DNA of 64,000 nt from Candidatus Nealsonbacteria bacterium DGGOD1a (GCA_022530585.1 CP092821.1:262222-326221); one strand, 5' to 3'; numbered from the stretch's first letter, positions 1 to 9,750 are shown. The notes: generated by a model not told the origin, from the letters alone. Translations and numbers: made by a program.

Positions 1-17
1 GTTTTTAATGTAAAAAT

Positions 18-1853
18 TTGAGCTATCTTATGAGAGAAACAAAAAAGGCGAAACTTTTGCCGCAAGCTGATTTGTTGTTGGAAATTTCCTGGGAAGTTTG
101 CAACAAAATCGGCGGCATCAACACGGTTTTGGCAACCAAGGCTGTGCAAATGGTCAGGCACTACGGCCAGGACTATATTATGATCGGTCCGTATTTCGCG
201 CAAAATTCAAAATATCAATTTGAAGAGAAAACTCCCGAAGGCGATTTAAAAGAGATATTCGACAATCTTGAGGGACAGGGAATCCATTGCCGTTTCGGCC
301 GCTGGCTGATTGACGGCGATCCGCAGGTGATTCTGGTCGATTTCCAAAGCCTTTGGCCCAACATCAACGGCTACAAGCGGGAACTTTGGGATCATTATAA
401 AGTCGATTCGATGGAGTCCGGTTTTGAATTTGACGAACCGGTGGTCTGGGGTTACGCGGTGGCCAGGCTGGTTGAGCAGATGAAGTTCGCGCGCAATGGC
501 AAGAAAACCGTTGTTCATTGCCATGAATGGCTGGCCGGCGCCGCGCTGCTTTTTGCCAAAAAGTTTTGTTCCGACTTGGCGTCGGTGTTTACCACGCACG
601 CGACCACTCTCGGCCGGAGTATGGCTTTCAACGGCGTGGACATTTATTCCAATATCAATAAGATCGATTCTTTCAAAGAAGCCTATAATTATCATGTGCA
701 GGCCAAACATCTCTTGGAAAAAGCGGCGGCCAACGCGTGCACGGTTTTTACCACGGTCAGCGAGATCACCGGCGTGGAATGCGAGTATTTTCTGGGCCGG
801 ATGCCGGATGTTTTTTTGCCCAACGGTTTGGATGTGAGCGGTTATTTGAGTTTTGAGGAAGCGGCGATAAAACACCGCATTCAGCGCGCCCGCATTCGGG
901 AATTCCTTTTCTATAATTTTTTCCCGCATTATGTTTTCGATTTGAAAAATACGCTTTTCTATTTTATGATGGCGCGTTACGAATACCATGCCAAAGGCAT
1001 AGATTCTTTTATCAAGGCATTGGGAGATTTGAACCAAAAATTAAAGGCGGAAAAAAGCCGCAGAAGCGTGGTGGCTTTTTTGTGGGTTCCGGCGAAGACC
1101 AACGGCGTGAACCCCGATCTGATCGAAAATCGGGGCAATTATTTCGATGTTAAAGAATTTGTCGAGGAGAATTCCGGCAATTTGGTTGAAAATTTTTTAT
1201 ATTCGCTGTTTGCCGGCCGGGATTTGAAGGATACCGATGTTTTTGACGACGATGAGCCGCACCGCGACCTTGAACGGCGTTTGAAAAAAACCCGGCGCAC
1301 CGGCGATCCTTTGGTTTGCACCCATAATTTGGAGTATCGCGACGACGAGATATTAAAAGGTTTGATTGCCGCGGGCTTGGAAAACAAAAAAGACGACCGG
1401 GTGAAAGTTGTTTTTTATCCGGCTTATTTGACCGGAACCGACAAGCTGTTGAATCTTAATGTTCGCGAGGCCATTCAAGGATGCCATTTGGGGGTTTTCC
1501 CGTCATACTATGAGCCGTGGGGGTATACTCCGCTTGAAGCGGCCGCCGAAGGCGTGCCGGCGATCACCAGCGATTTGAGCGGCTTGGGCAGATTCATAAA
1601 GCGATTGCCGCGCGACAAGCAGAATCCGGGAATATTTATCGTCAACAACGACGGCAAGAGCGAAGCCGAGGTTGACGCTCAATTGGGCGATATTCTTTAC
1701 GATTACGCGACTATGCCGCAGAAAGACCGCGTAGCCAACAAAATCAACGCCCGCGAAATGGTTAATAATTTTGATTGGGAGGATTTGGCGGAAAATTATG
1801 TGGCGGCGCACAATAAATCATTGGAGAATGTAAAATTGAAAGATCAAAATTAA
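18..1853 (+). CDS. Glycogen synthase, GT3 (eukaryote-like) family
   Basis: 611-aa ORF. EISWEVCNKIGGINTVL near the N-terminus and GVFPSYYEPWGYTPLEA near the C-terminus are GT3 glycogen-synthase hallmarks rather than GT5 GlgA. Confidence 0.8.
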   Translation: MSYLMRETKKAKLLPQADLLLEISWEVCNKIGGINTVLATKAVQMVRHYGQDYIMIGPYFAQNSKYQFEEKTPEGDLKEIFDNLEGQGIHCRFGRWLIDGDPQVILVDFQSLWPNINGYKRELWDHYKVDSMESGFEFDEPVVWGYAVARLVEQMKFARNGKKTVVHCHEWLAGAALLFAKKFCSDLASVFTTHATTLGRSMAFNGVDIYSNINKIDSFKEAYNYHVQAKHLLEKAAANACTVFTTVSEITGVECEYFLGRMPDVFLPNGLDVSGYLSFEEAAIKHRIQRARIREFLFYNFFPHYVFDLKNTLFYFMMARYEYHAKGIDSFIKALGDLNQKLKAEKSRRSVVAFLWVPAKTNGVNPDLIENRGNYFDVKEFVEENSGNLVENFLYSLFAGRDLKDTDVFDDDEPHRDLERRLKKTRRTGDPLVCTHNLEYRDDEILKGLIAAGLENKKDDRVKVVFYPAYLTGTDKLLNLNVREAIQGCHLGVFPSYYEPWGYTPLEAAAEGVPAITSDLSGLGRFIKRLPRDKQNPGIFIVNNDGKSEAEVDAQLGDILYDYATMPQKDRVANKINAREMVNNFDWEDLAENYVAAHNKSLENVKLKDQN

Positions 1854-1924
1854 AAATGGCAATTTAAAAATTTAAAGTTTTTGAATTCGAATATTTTAAC
1901 ATTTTTAACTGTCATTTTAATTCT

Positions 1925-2132
1925 TTTTATACCCCGTCGGCTCGCCGCGGGGGACAAAAAGAATGAGGATTCCAAAGGAAGCATCCTTTGGTTGATGGCG
2001 GGGTTAATGCCCCGACAGCAATGTATTTTTTTATTGAGTGCAATACCTCGGGGCTTTGCCCCGGGGTGCACCAAGAGGATTCCAAAGGGGTGCCCCCTTT
2101 GGTCGTCGTGCGGGGTTCATACCCCGCTCGAC
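1925..2132 (+). repeat. Family-A three-hairpin intergenic repeat, two tandem units
   Basis: Two ~90-nt units. Each has three short hairpins (CCCCG..CGGGG; CCAAAGG..CCTTTGG; CGGGG..CCCCG) around a conserved GAGGATTCCAAAGG core. Related copies at 13412-13476, 42503-42615 and 46716-46810. Confidence 0.8.
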
Positions 2133-2184
2133 GAAATACATTTGGAAAATATATTTTTAATTTTTGATATTTACATTTTAATTT

Positions 2185-4008
2185 TTGATCGTGCAACTTA
2201 TTCATAATTTCGGAAAAAAAACAATAAGGAAAACTGTTGATGCGCCGGGCGGCGGAAGTTTGATGCTTGCCCGCGGCGGCAGTTATCTGTGGACCGGAAT
2301 CAAACCGGCCAGCCGTTACCAAGGCTGGTTTTTCGGATATAACGGCAATAAACTCATGAAAATAATCGACGATGTCCGGATCGAGAACGACAATCCGGGA
2401 ACCGGAATCGAAAATAATTTTTGGAATATCAAAAAAATCGGTGAAAATTCGATTCAAACTTTTTTTCTTCCGGCCGCGAATTGTTTCGCGTATGAAGCCG
2501 GCCGGCCGGCGCGGATAGAATTTTTTTTGGATGTAAAAGAGCCCTACCAAAACCCGGATATTGGCCGGAATCACGAAATTTGGCAAGAAGACGGCGCGAT
2601 CCTGATTTGTTATCGCGAGGGGAAAAGTTCCGGTTTTCCCGAAGTTTTTATCGCCGTTCTCGGCGATATAACGGCCGCGGAAATAAAGGAAGAATGGATT
2701 TTGCGCGATTACGGATTTGATCGCGGCCGCGGATCCGCGCCTTGGGAGAGATGGGTTTTCAAGCCCGCGGCAATTACCGCGGCAAAATTGGTTTTCGCGG
2801 TTGGTTTTTCAAAAGATGAAGCGATAAACGCCGCGCGAAAAAATTGGCGCGACTTTGAAAAATTCAAGAGGGAGGCGCAAAAAAAATACGGCAACATCAA
2901 GGCATCCGCAAGTTTTTTGGGATTGTTTCCCGGAGGGAAACCCCCTATCGGAGAAAAAGAGGCGGCCGAATTTTGCGCCCAAAATGCTTTGGAAACGCTT
3001 TACGCCCGCATCGGCGCGGTTGTCGGTTTGCGCGCCGGTCTGCCGTGGTTTTTCCAGTTTTGGCAGAGGGACGAAGCGGTTTCGCTGAAAGGTTTGAGCC
3101 AATTTGACCGGAAAACCGCGCTTGAGATATTTTGGCGGCAGATGGGCGAATTAAAGGCGAATGATTTTCATTTTGATACCGCCGACGGTATCGGCTGGTT
3201 GTTCCTGCGCGCATCCGATTTTTATCGGTCCGGCAAATTCAATATAAAAGAAATCGCCGCGGTTCGCGAATGTCTAAACAATTCGATTGAGTATTTTCTT
3301 AAAAATAACGCGCGCGGCAATTTGGCGATAAACTTGGCCGGCCAAAAAACTTGGATGGACAGTTTGGACAGAACCGGCGCGGCGATTGAAATACAATCAT
3401 TGCGGCTCAATATGTACGCACTGGCCGCGGATTTCGCGGATGATAAAAAGCAAGAAGAATATTATTTGAGTTTGGAAAGCAAGTTAAAGCGGGATGTCAA
3501 AAAACTGTTTTTCGACGGAAAGAATTTCGGCGACCGGTTCGATACCGACAAAGACAAATTGGATTTGACGATTCGGCCCAATATATTTTTGGCGGCCTAT
3601 ATTTATCCCGGCCTGCTTTCAAAAAAAGAATGGAGCGTTTGTTTTGCGGTCGCGCTGGAAAAGCTGTGGCTTGATTGGGGCGGTTTGTCCACGATCGATA
3701 AAAACGATCCGCGGTTTTGCGGCCGCGACACCGGAGAAAATCCCGCGGCCTATCACAACGGCGACAGTTGGTTTTGGATCAACAACATTGCCGCTATCGC
3801 GATGGCTCGCGTCGATAAAAAAAAGTTTAAAAATCACATAGAAAAAATTTTTGAAGCGAGCAAAAACGACATATTATGGAACGGCGCCATCGGTTGTGCC
3901 GGCGAAATCAGTTCCGCGGCAATCTATGAATCCGCCGGTTGCCCCAATCAAGCCTGGAGCAACGCCACTTTTTTGGAGCTTTACCGTTATGTTTCCGGAA
4001 AATTTTGA
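2185..4008 (+). CDS. Glycogen debranching enzyme / amylo-alpha-1,6-glucosidase (GDE C-terminal domain type)
   Basis: 607-aa ORF (TTG start in the track; the true start is uncertain). FWQRDEA, AYHNGDSWFWINN and CPNQAWSNA motifs fit the GDE (alpha/alpha)6 domain. It lies next to the glycogen synthase. Confidence 0.7.
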   Translation: MIVQLIHNFGKKTIRKTVDAPGGGSLMLARGGSYLWTGIKPASRYQGWFFGYNGNKLMKIIDDVRIENDNPGTGIENNFWNIKKIGENSIQTFFLPAANCFAYEAGRPARIEFFLDVKEPYQNPDIGRNHEIWQEDGAILICYREGKSSGFPEVFIAVLGDITAAEIKEEWILRDYGFDRGRGSAPWERWVFKPAAITAAKLVFAVGFSKDEAINAARKNWRDFEKFKREAQKKYGNIKASASFLGLFPGGKPPIGEKEAAEFCAQNALETLYARIGAVVGLRAGLPWFFQFWQRDEAVSLKGLSQFDRKTALEIFWRQMGELKANDFHFDTADGIGWLFLRASDFYRSGKFNIKEIAAVRECLNNSIEYFLKNNARGNLAINLAGQKTWMDSLDRTGAAIEIQSLRLNMYALAADFADDKKQEEYYLSLESKLKRDVKKLFFDGKNFGDRFDTDKDKLDLTIRPNIFLAAYIYPGLLSKKEWSVCFAVALEKLWLDWGGLSTIDKNDPRFCGRDTGENPAAYHNGDSWFWINNIAAIAMARVDKKKFKNHIEKIFEASKNDILWNGAIGCAGEISSAAIYESAGCPNQAWSNATFLELYRYVSGKF

Positions 4009-4029
4009 CAAAATTATGGCGGGAGTGTA

Positions 4030-4290
4030 GGATTAGAACACAATCGAATATTTGCCAAAAGGCGATCGGCGCGGCCACCAACCGGGCTGTCCGAACATTC
4101 ATCGGGCAATCGCAAGATCCAAACTTTGAGGCAAAAAACAAGATATTCCAATTGGAATAATTTATCCTTCGTTTACTCAGGATAAATTATTTCGCGTTTT
4201 GCTTGGAATAATTTAGGTGGAACCGCGGGAACAAAAACCTCGCCCTAATGCTGAATTCAATGATTTAGCGTTGGGGCGAGGTTTTTACAT
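4030..4290 (+). promoter_or_regulatory. T-box leader (presumably Thr-specific) with terminator/antiterminator, upstream of thrS
   Basis: AATTTAGGTGGAACCGCGG (4209-4228) fits the T-box consensus AGGGUGGNACCGCG. The terminator is CCTCGCCC (4238-4245) / GGGCGAGG (4274-4281) plus a T-run to 4286. The 5' boundary and specifier (candidate ACC at 4077-4079) are not resolved. Confidence 0.6.
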
Positions 4291-4298
4291 AATTATTC

Positions 4299-4344
4299 CT
4301 TGAAAGGGTCGAACCCTTTTTAAAAAGGGTTCGACCCTTTCAAG
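4299..4344. repeat. 46-nt perfect palindrome (GGGTCGAACCC-type REP variant)
   Basis: CTTGAAAGGGTCGAACCCTTTTT|AAAAAGGGTTCGACCCTTTCAAG. The left half is the exact reverse complement of the right half. It sits between the T-box terminator and the thrS ATG. Confidence 0.9.
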
Positions 4345-4360
4345 ACCATCAAATAAAAAT

Positions 4361-6160
4361 ATGAGCAAAAAATACGATATTGGAGTTATCCGCCATTCTC
4401 TGGCGCATATAATGGCGGCGGCTGTTAAAAGCATATATCCGGAGGCGAAGTTCGGAATGGGCCCGGCGATCGAAAACGGCTTCTATTATGATTTTGATTT
4501 GGGCCAAAACAAGCTGTCGCCCGAAAGTTTAAAGGAAATCGAGGTCAAAATGAAAAAGCTGATCGGCGGCGGGGTTAAATTTGAAAGAAAAGAAATTGCC
4601 ATTGACGAGGCCAAAAAGATTTTTCGCGATCAACCGTTCAAATTGGAAATCGCGGCCGATTTGGAAATTCAAGGCGAAAAAGAAGTTTCGGTTTATCAAA
4701 GCGGCGAGTTTGTCGATTTGTGCCGCGGGCCGCATGCGGAAGCGGCCAATGATTTGCCGATTGACGGGTTCAAATTGACAAAGATCGCGGGCGCGTATTG
4801 GAAGGGCGATGAAAAGAATCAAATGCTCACTCGCGTTTACGGCGCGGCGTTTGAAAACAAAAAGGAATTGGATGATTATTTAAAAAATCAAGAAGAAGCG
4901 GAAAAGCGCGACCATCGCAAGCTGGGCAAAGAGCTGGATTTGTTCCATATTGATGAAGATGCCGGATTGGGATTGGCGCTTTGGCATCCCAAGGGTGCGA
5001 TGTTGTGGCGCGTGATCGAAGATTTTTGGTATGACCAGCATTTGAAAAACGGATATGATTTGGTCCGTTCGCCTCACATTGGCAACCGCCGGTTGTGGGA
5101 AAAATCCGGCCATTGGGGTTTTTATTCATCAAGCATGTATCCGGCGATGGAAGTGGGCCAGTCATTAGAGGATTTGAAAGCCGGCAAAAAAGTTGAAGAA
5201 TCCGAACAATATTTGCTCAAGCCGATGAATTGTCCGTTTCATGTCCGGATTTATAAAAATGATTTGCATTCGTACCGCGAATTTCCGTTTCGTTGGGCCG
5301 AGTGCGGCACGGTTTATCGCTTTGAGAAAAAAGGCGAGCTTTCCGGATTGACGCGGGTGCGCGGTTTTACGCAGGATGATGCGCATATCATTTGCCGCAA
5401 AGACCAGGTTAAGGATGAATTAAAGCGCGTGGTTGATTTTATTGAATTTATTTACGATTCATTCGGTTTCAAGATGGATTCGGTTAATGTCTATCTTTCG
5501 TTGCGCGATCCGCAGAATAAAGAGCATTACGCCGGCGACGATGAAGGCTGGGAATTTACCGAAAGCGTTTTGTGCGATGTGGCAAAAGAGAAAAACCTTA
5601 ATTTCAAAGAGGAATTGGGCGAGGCGGCGTTTTACGGGCCGAAATTGGACTTTAAGATCAAAGATGCCCTTGGTCGCGAGTGGCAATGCTCAACTTTGCA
5701 ATTCGATTTTAATTTGCCGGAAAGATTCGATATGTTGTTTGCAAACCAAAAAGGAGAGCAGGAAAAACCGTATATGTTGCACCGCGCGCTATTCGGTTCG
5801 TTTGAAAGATTTATCGGACTGTTGATTGAACACTATGCCGGTGCGTTTCCCGTTTGGCTGTCTCCGGTTCAGGTGAAAATTTTATCGGTGGGAGAAGCGC
5901 ATATTGAATTCTGCCAAAAACTTGCCGATGAATTCAGGCAGGCGGGCATCCGCATTGAAGTTGATTTTGCCGATGAAACTTTGGGCAATAAGATCCGCAA
6001 AGCCGCGGGCGAAAAAGTTCCCTATGTTTTGGTGGTGGGCGATAAAGAGATGCAATCTGAAGTGTTAGCCGTGCGCGACCGTGGTGCCAAAACCGCCCGC
6101 GCCATTTCCAAATCCGACTTCATCTCCGAAATTTGCGCCAAAATCCAATCCCGCAATTAA
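4361..6160 (+). CDS. thrS: Threonyl-tRNA synthetase
   Basis: 599-aa ORF. HSLAHIMAAAV, RGFTQDDAHIIC, FYGPKLDF and HRALFGSFERFIG are ThrRS / class II aaRS motifs, followed by a C-terminal anticodon-binding domain. Preceded by a T-box. Confidence 0.95.
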   Translation: MSKKYDIGVIRHSLAHIMAAAVKSIYPEAKFGMGPAIENGFYYDFDLGQNKLSPESLKEIEVKMKKLIGGGVKFERKEIAIDEAKKIFRDQPFKLEIAADLEIQGEKEVSVYQSGEFVDLCRGPHAEAANDLPIDGFKLTKIAGAYWKGDEKNQMLTRVYGAAFENKKELDDYLKNQEEAEKRDHRKLGKELDLFHIDEDAGLGLALWHPKGAMLWRVIEDFWYDQHLKNGYDLVRSPHIGNRRLWEKSGHWGFYSSSMYPAMEVGQSLEDLKAGKKVEESEQYLLKPMNCPFHVRIYKNDLHSYREFPFRWAECGTVYRFEKKGELSGLTRVRGFTQDDAHIICRKDQVKDELKRVVDFIEFIYDSFGFKMDSVNVYLSLRDPQNKEHYAGDDEGWEFTESVLCDVAKEKNLNFKEELGEAAFYGPKLDFKIKDALGREWQCSTLQFDFNLPERFDMLFANQKGEQEKPYMLHRALFGSFERFIGLLIEHYAGAFPVWLSPVQVKILSVGEAHIEFCQKLADEFRQAGIRIEVDFADETLGNKIRKAAGEKVPYVLVVGDKEMQSEVLAVRDRGAKTARAISKSDFISEICAKIQSRN

Positions 6161-6165
6161 ATTTG

Positions 6166-6771
6166 ATAATGTTTTCACCCTGTCGGTCTTGCCGCAGGGA
6201 ACAACTTAAGGGGGTGGTTTGGTAGGGGGATATCCCCCTACCATCACGCGCGAAAGCGCGTCCGTGTTACAATAAGCCAATATGGAGCAAGAAAAGCGGG
6301 ATATCTGGCGTTGGTACCACAATGTTTCCGAATGTTATTACCACATCCAGATTACGGTCAAATATCGCAAAGCATTACTGAACGAAAAGGTGATTGCCGC
6401 AATTGTCGAGAGCCTGAAAGGATTTATGGAACGGTACGCCATTGAGATCAGCCATGTGGGATTCGACCAAGACCACGCCCATATTCTGGCAAGATTCCTG
6501 CCGAAGTATTCCGGCGACCAGGTTATCAAAATAATAAAAAGCATTACCGCGCGCGAGGTGTTCCGGCAAGTTCCCGAAATTAAAAAAGAACTCTGGGGTG
6601 GAGAGTTCTGGACAGACGGCTATTATATCGCTACGATCAGCGCACGCGGTAATAGGAAAGTTATTGAGCGATACATTCAAAACCAAGGCAGACCAAAAGA
6701 TGTGAGCCAGTTACGATTGTTTGAATTGTAGCTGCGAACGCCCTGCGGTCTTGCCGCAGGGTCATTTACAT
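6166..6771 (+). mobile_element. IS200-type insertion sequence (tnpA only), copy 1
   Basis: A ~606-bp block nearly identical to 55410-56016. Subterminal hairpins are CCCTGTCGGTCTTGCCGCAGGG (left) and CCCTGCGGTCTTGCCGCAGGG (right). The left edge is ambiguous by the shared ATAAT. Confidence 0.85.
6282..6731 (+). CDS. tnpA: IS200/IS605-family Y1 (HUH) transposase TnpA
   Basis: 149 aa. HUH motif in DHAHILARF, and the catalytic-Tyr region GYYIATIS near the C-terminus. Confidence 0.9.
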   Translation: MEQEKRDIWRWYHNVSECYYHIQITVKYRKALLNEKVIAAIVESLKGFMERYAIEISHVGFDQDHAHILARFLPKYSGDQVIKIIKSITAREVFRQVPEIKKELWGGEFWTDGYYIATISARGNRKVIERYIQNQGRPKDVSQLRLFEL

Positions 6772-6807
6772 TTTTAGCTATCGCTAAAATTATCAAATCA
6801 AAAAATT

Positions 6808-7149
6808 ATGGAACATATTTTTCATTTGCCCGGAAATTATTCGTTTGAGAAAGTCGGCCATAAAGGGACAACATTTCAATCAAAATTCCTTACGGATAAA
6901 ATTGAATTTTCGATTATTGAAACTGAAGCCGGGCATCAAACAAAGATCATTCAAAAAGAATGTATTTTTGCGTATTATATTCTGGAGGGCGGCGGAAGTT
7001 TTGAGATCGGCGGCGCGGTTGAAAATTGCGGCGCTGGCGATTTGGTTATCGTGCCGGCGGGGATGCCGTTCGCCTATTTGGGCAAATTAAAAATGCTTTT
7101 GGTTTGTTCTCCCTGGTGGTATCCTGAACAAGAAGCGATGGTAAAATAA
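6808..7149 (+). CDS. Cupin-domain protein
   Basis: 113 aa. The small beta-barrel pattern (YILEGGGSFEIGG...GDLVIVPAGMPF) is typical of cupin_2 proteins. Confidence 0.5.
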   Translation: MEHIFHLPGNYSFEKVGHKGTTFQSKFLTDKIEFSIIETEAGHQTKIIQKECIFAYYILEGGGSFEIGGAVENCGAGDLVIVPAGMPFAYLGKLKMLLVCSPWWYPEQEAMVK

Positions 7150-7372
7150 CAATACCTTGTATTGATATTGATATTGATGTAAACATTCCAACATTCTTGA
7201 GAATGTGAGAATGCCGGTAATCGCGGATATTGATATTTTGCAGTCTGCGGGATATTGAAGTGTTGGTTTTTGTTTTGTGGGAAACGCAGACCCGGAGAAA
7301 ATTTGTGCGGATTGGACAGATAGGCGAAAGTTTTGCAAAAGGCGATAATTTTAAACGGAAACGGTCACAGGT

Positions 7373-8203
7373 TTATTTTTCCAGAATAATGACATTGATT
7401 TGCGGGCGGGCGAAAAAACGCAGAGGCAGGATGGTGGCGCCGATGCCGTTGGTAACGATAATGGTTCGGTTCGGTTCTTCGTATATTCCTTGACCGTATT
7501 TGTAGTTATGCCGGTGCGCCAAGTTTGCCATCGATAGCCCGAATAAGGTTACTTGCCCGCCATGGGTGTGCCCGGCCAAAAGCAATTTGGCGCGGTTGTC
7601 GGTATATTCCTCGAAATAAGCGGGGTCATGACTAAGATAAACCGTGAAGTCGGCGGCGTTGGCCATGGCGGCGGCGCCATCGGGCGTGCCGTACCAAGTT
7701 TCGTCGGTGCCGGCGACGGTGATCGCGCGGTTGCCGATGGCGATGGCGCGGTTCTCGTTGACCAAGGGAACGATTTTGGCGGCCAGCATTGCTTCAATAA
7801 TGTTATTTTTGCCGGCTTCGATATCGTGATTGCCCAAGACGCCGAATTTTCCCAGAGGCGCGGCCAGCTTGGCGTATTCCGCGAAACAGGCGGTAGTGTT
7901 TTTGCCGTCGCGGCTGACATAATCGCCGCCGAAGAGGATGATGTCGGGGGCCAGAAGATTAATCCGTTCGACGATTGAACCAAGGCGCTTGGGATCGAAA
8001 TACTCGCCGCAGTGCGTATCGGAGATAAAGACGATCTTTTTGCCGGAGAATTCCAAAGGGAGATCGTTGTTTTTGACAGTGATCGCCTTTATTTCCACCC
8101 GGTAGGTTTCCAGATGGGCATAGACGATAAACAGCGCCGCGATCGCGGCGGCAAGAGCCAATTTCTTTTTTTGGCGCTTTAATATTTTTTGGATTTTTTT
8201 CAT
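7373..8203 (-). CDS. Metallophosphoesterase (YkuE/calcineurin-like), membrane-anchored
   Basis: ISDTHCG, GGDYV, GNHD and GHTHGGQ metallophosphatase motifs. The start was moved to the ATG at 8203 (MKKIQKIL + TM helix), which overlaps the upstream stop as ATGA. Confidence 0.75.
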   Translation of the reverse strand: MKKIQKILKRQKKKLALAAAIAALFIVYAHLETYRVEIKAITVKNNDLPLEFSGKKIVFISDTHCGEYFDPKRLGSIVERINLLAPDIILFGGDYVSRDGKNTTACFAEYAKLAAPLGKFGVLGNHDIEAGKNNIIEAMLAAKIVPLVNENRAIAIGNRAITVAGTDETWYGTPDGAAAMANAADFTVYLSHDPAYFEEYTDNRAKLLLAGHTHGGQVTLFGLSMANLAHRHNYKYGQGIYEEPNRTIIVTNGIGATILPLRFFARPQINVIILEK

Positions 8204-9750
8204 TCGTGATTGTGGACCACGGTGCCGGTGCCGTGGCCGGAATTCGGTTTTTCGCGGGCGAAGACGCCCTTTTCGCCTTCGGGCAGTCGCGGCAGAGTGT
8301 TTTCGAAAATAAATTTGGCGTCGCCTTGCGTCATATTGGTGCAACCCGCGGATTGCACCGTGCCGAATCTATCGTGCCAATAGGTGCCGTGGATCGCGTA
8401 GTCGTAATTGTAATACATTGTCCAAGGAATGTTTTCCAGGTTATATTGGTAGCTATGCAGGGGCGGGCCGCCCTGCATTTTTGCTTTGGCCAGTTTGTAC
8501 CATATTCGATAGGTTCCGGTTTGGGTGGGGTTTTCGGATCGTCCAGGCGAGATGTAGGTGGCAAATGCCGGTTTATCATAATCAAAAAGGGTGAGGATTT
8601 TTTTTGTCAAATCGACATCAATCCATTTTTCCCCGATTCCGACTTTTTCTGGAATAGAAAATTTTTGCGGCGGCAGGGGTTGCGCCATTGGCGTCACATA
8701 ATCGGAAAACACATAGGCGCCCGCGTACATTCCGCCGTCGATCTGGTACCAAAGATTTTTACCGTCCACCCAATCTCCGTAAACTTCTTTCAAAACTTTC
8801 ACGCGGTTTGCCGATGACAGTGTGCCGATTTTGTCGGAAGTTATCGCGAAACCTTTTCTCACGGCAACGCCGTTGCTGTTAATCTGGCCCCACCAGCCAA
8901 GATATTTGAAACGGTCTTTCCCTAACGCCGCCGCGCCGGGAATCTGGCCGGTAAAAGTCCAAGTACTGACAGTGGTGCGGTTTTGATTGTCGGTAATGAT
9001 CGCTTTCACGGTGTAATCGCGGTCGATTTCCAATGTTTCGTTGAATGAAAAATGATAATTGTTGCCGTTCGCCGCGGTTGCGGCAAAGTTCGCGGGTTTC
9101 CCTTGAAAAAGAACCGATGCGTTTTTCAGCGGGCCGGACAGCGCCGCGTCAAAACTGATCGGGTGCAGGGCGGGAAAGGCGGCGGAGTTGTCGGCCGGTT
9201 TCTGATTGGAAATTATCGGGTAATCTTTGGTTGCCGGCTCCAGAACGATTATTGCCCGGGAGTTTTGAATTTCCATCCGCGCCGGCAGATAAGCGCCTTT
9301 GCGGTTGATTTCGATGACCAGATTGCCGTCTTTGATATCGCAGTTGATTGAGTCGATGAGCGGGCTGTCGACGATCTCTTCATAGTTGAATTGTCCGTCA
9401 ATCTCGGAAACATCGTTAAAAGTGATCACGGTTTTCGCCTCCGAAGCGATTTCCTCAATTTTATGCGCGGGCATATTTTCGATTGCCGGTTCCGCCGGTT
9501 TGAATCGTAAGGATATCAGATTGCCGGTTTCCCGGGAATAGCCGCAGGCGATGGGCGAAACGATGTATGATCGCGGCTGTCGGGGAATATCGGTTTCATA
9601 GTCGCGCGGCAGGGGGAGTGCCGCCCACCAGACGGCGCCGAAGATCAAAACGGCGCCGGCCGCGGCAATGCCGATTCTTTCTTTCCGGCCGATATGATAT
9701 TTAAGGCGGGCCAGTTTGTCGCGGATTTTCGTGGTGCGCGGATGTGCCAT
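8200..9750 (-). CDS. L,D-transpeptidase (YkuD) family protein with large N-terminal region
   Basis: 516 aa with an N-terminal TM anchor. The C-terminal catalytic motif is YAIHGTYWHDRFGTVQSAGCTNM (His/Cys of YkuD). Confidence 0.8.
   Translation of the reverse strand: MAHPRTTKIRDKLARLKYHIGRKERIGIAAAGAVLIFGAVWWAALPLPRDYETDIPRQPRSYIVSPIACGYSRETGNLISLRFKPAEPAIENMPAHKIEEIASEAKTVITFNDVSEIDGQFNYEEIVDSPLIDSINCDIKDGNLVIEINRKGAYLPARMEIQNSRAIIVLEPATKDYPIISNQKPADNSAAFPALHPISFDAALSGPLKNASVLFQGKPANFAATAANGNNYHFSFNETLEIDRDYTVKAIITDNQNRTTVSTWTFTGQIPGAAALGKDRFKYLGWWGQINSNGVAVRKGFAITSDKIGTLSSANRVKVLKEVYGDWVDGKNLWYQIDGGMYAGAYVFSDYVTPMAQPLPPQKFSIPEKVGIGEKWIDVDLTKKILTLFDYDKPAFATYISPGRSENPTQTGTYRIWYKLAKAKMQGGPPLHSYQYNLENIPWTMYYNYDYAIHGTYWHDRFGTVQSAGCTNMTQGDAKFIFENTLPRLPEGEKGVFAREKPNSGHGTGTVVHNHE

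Noticed and set aside
7150-7372. ATTGAT tandem repeats and small ORFs between the cupin and phosphoesterase genes.
   Set aside because: This is a short low-complexity convergent intergenic region. It has no conserved structure and no similarity to the other repeat families.
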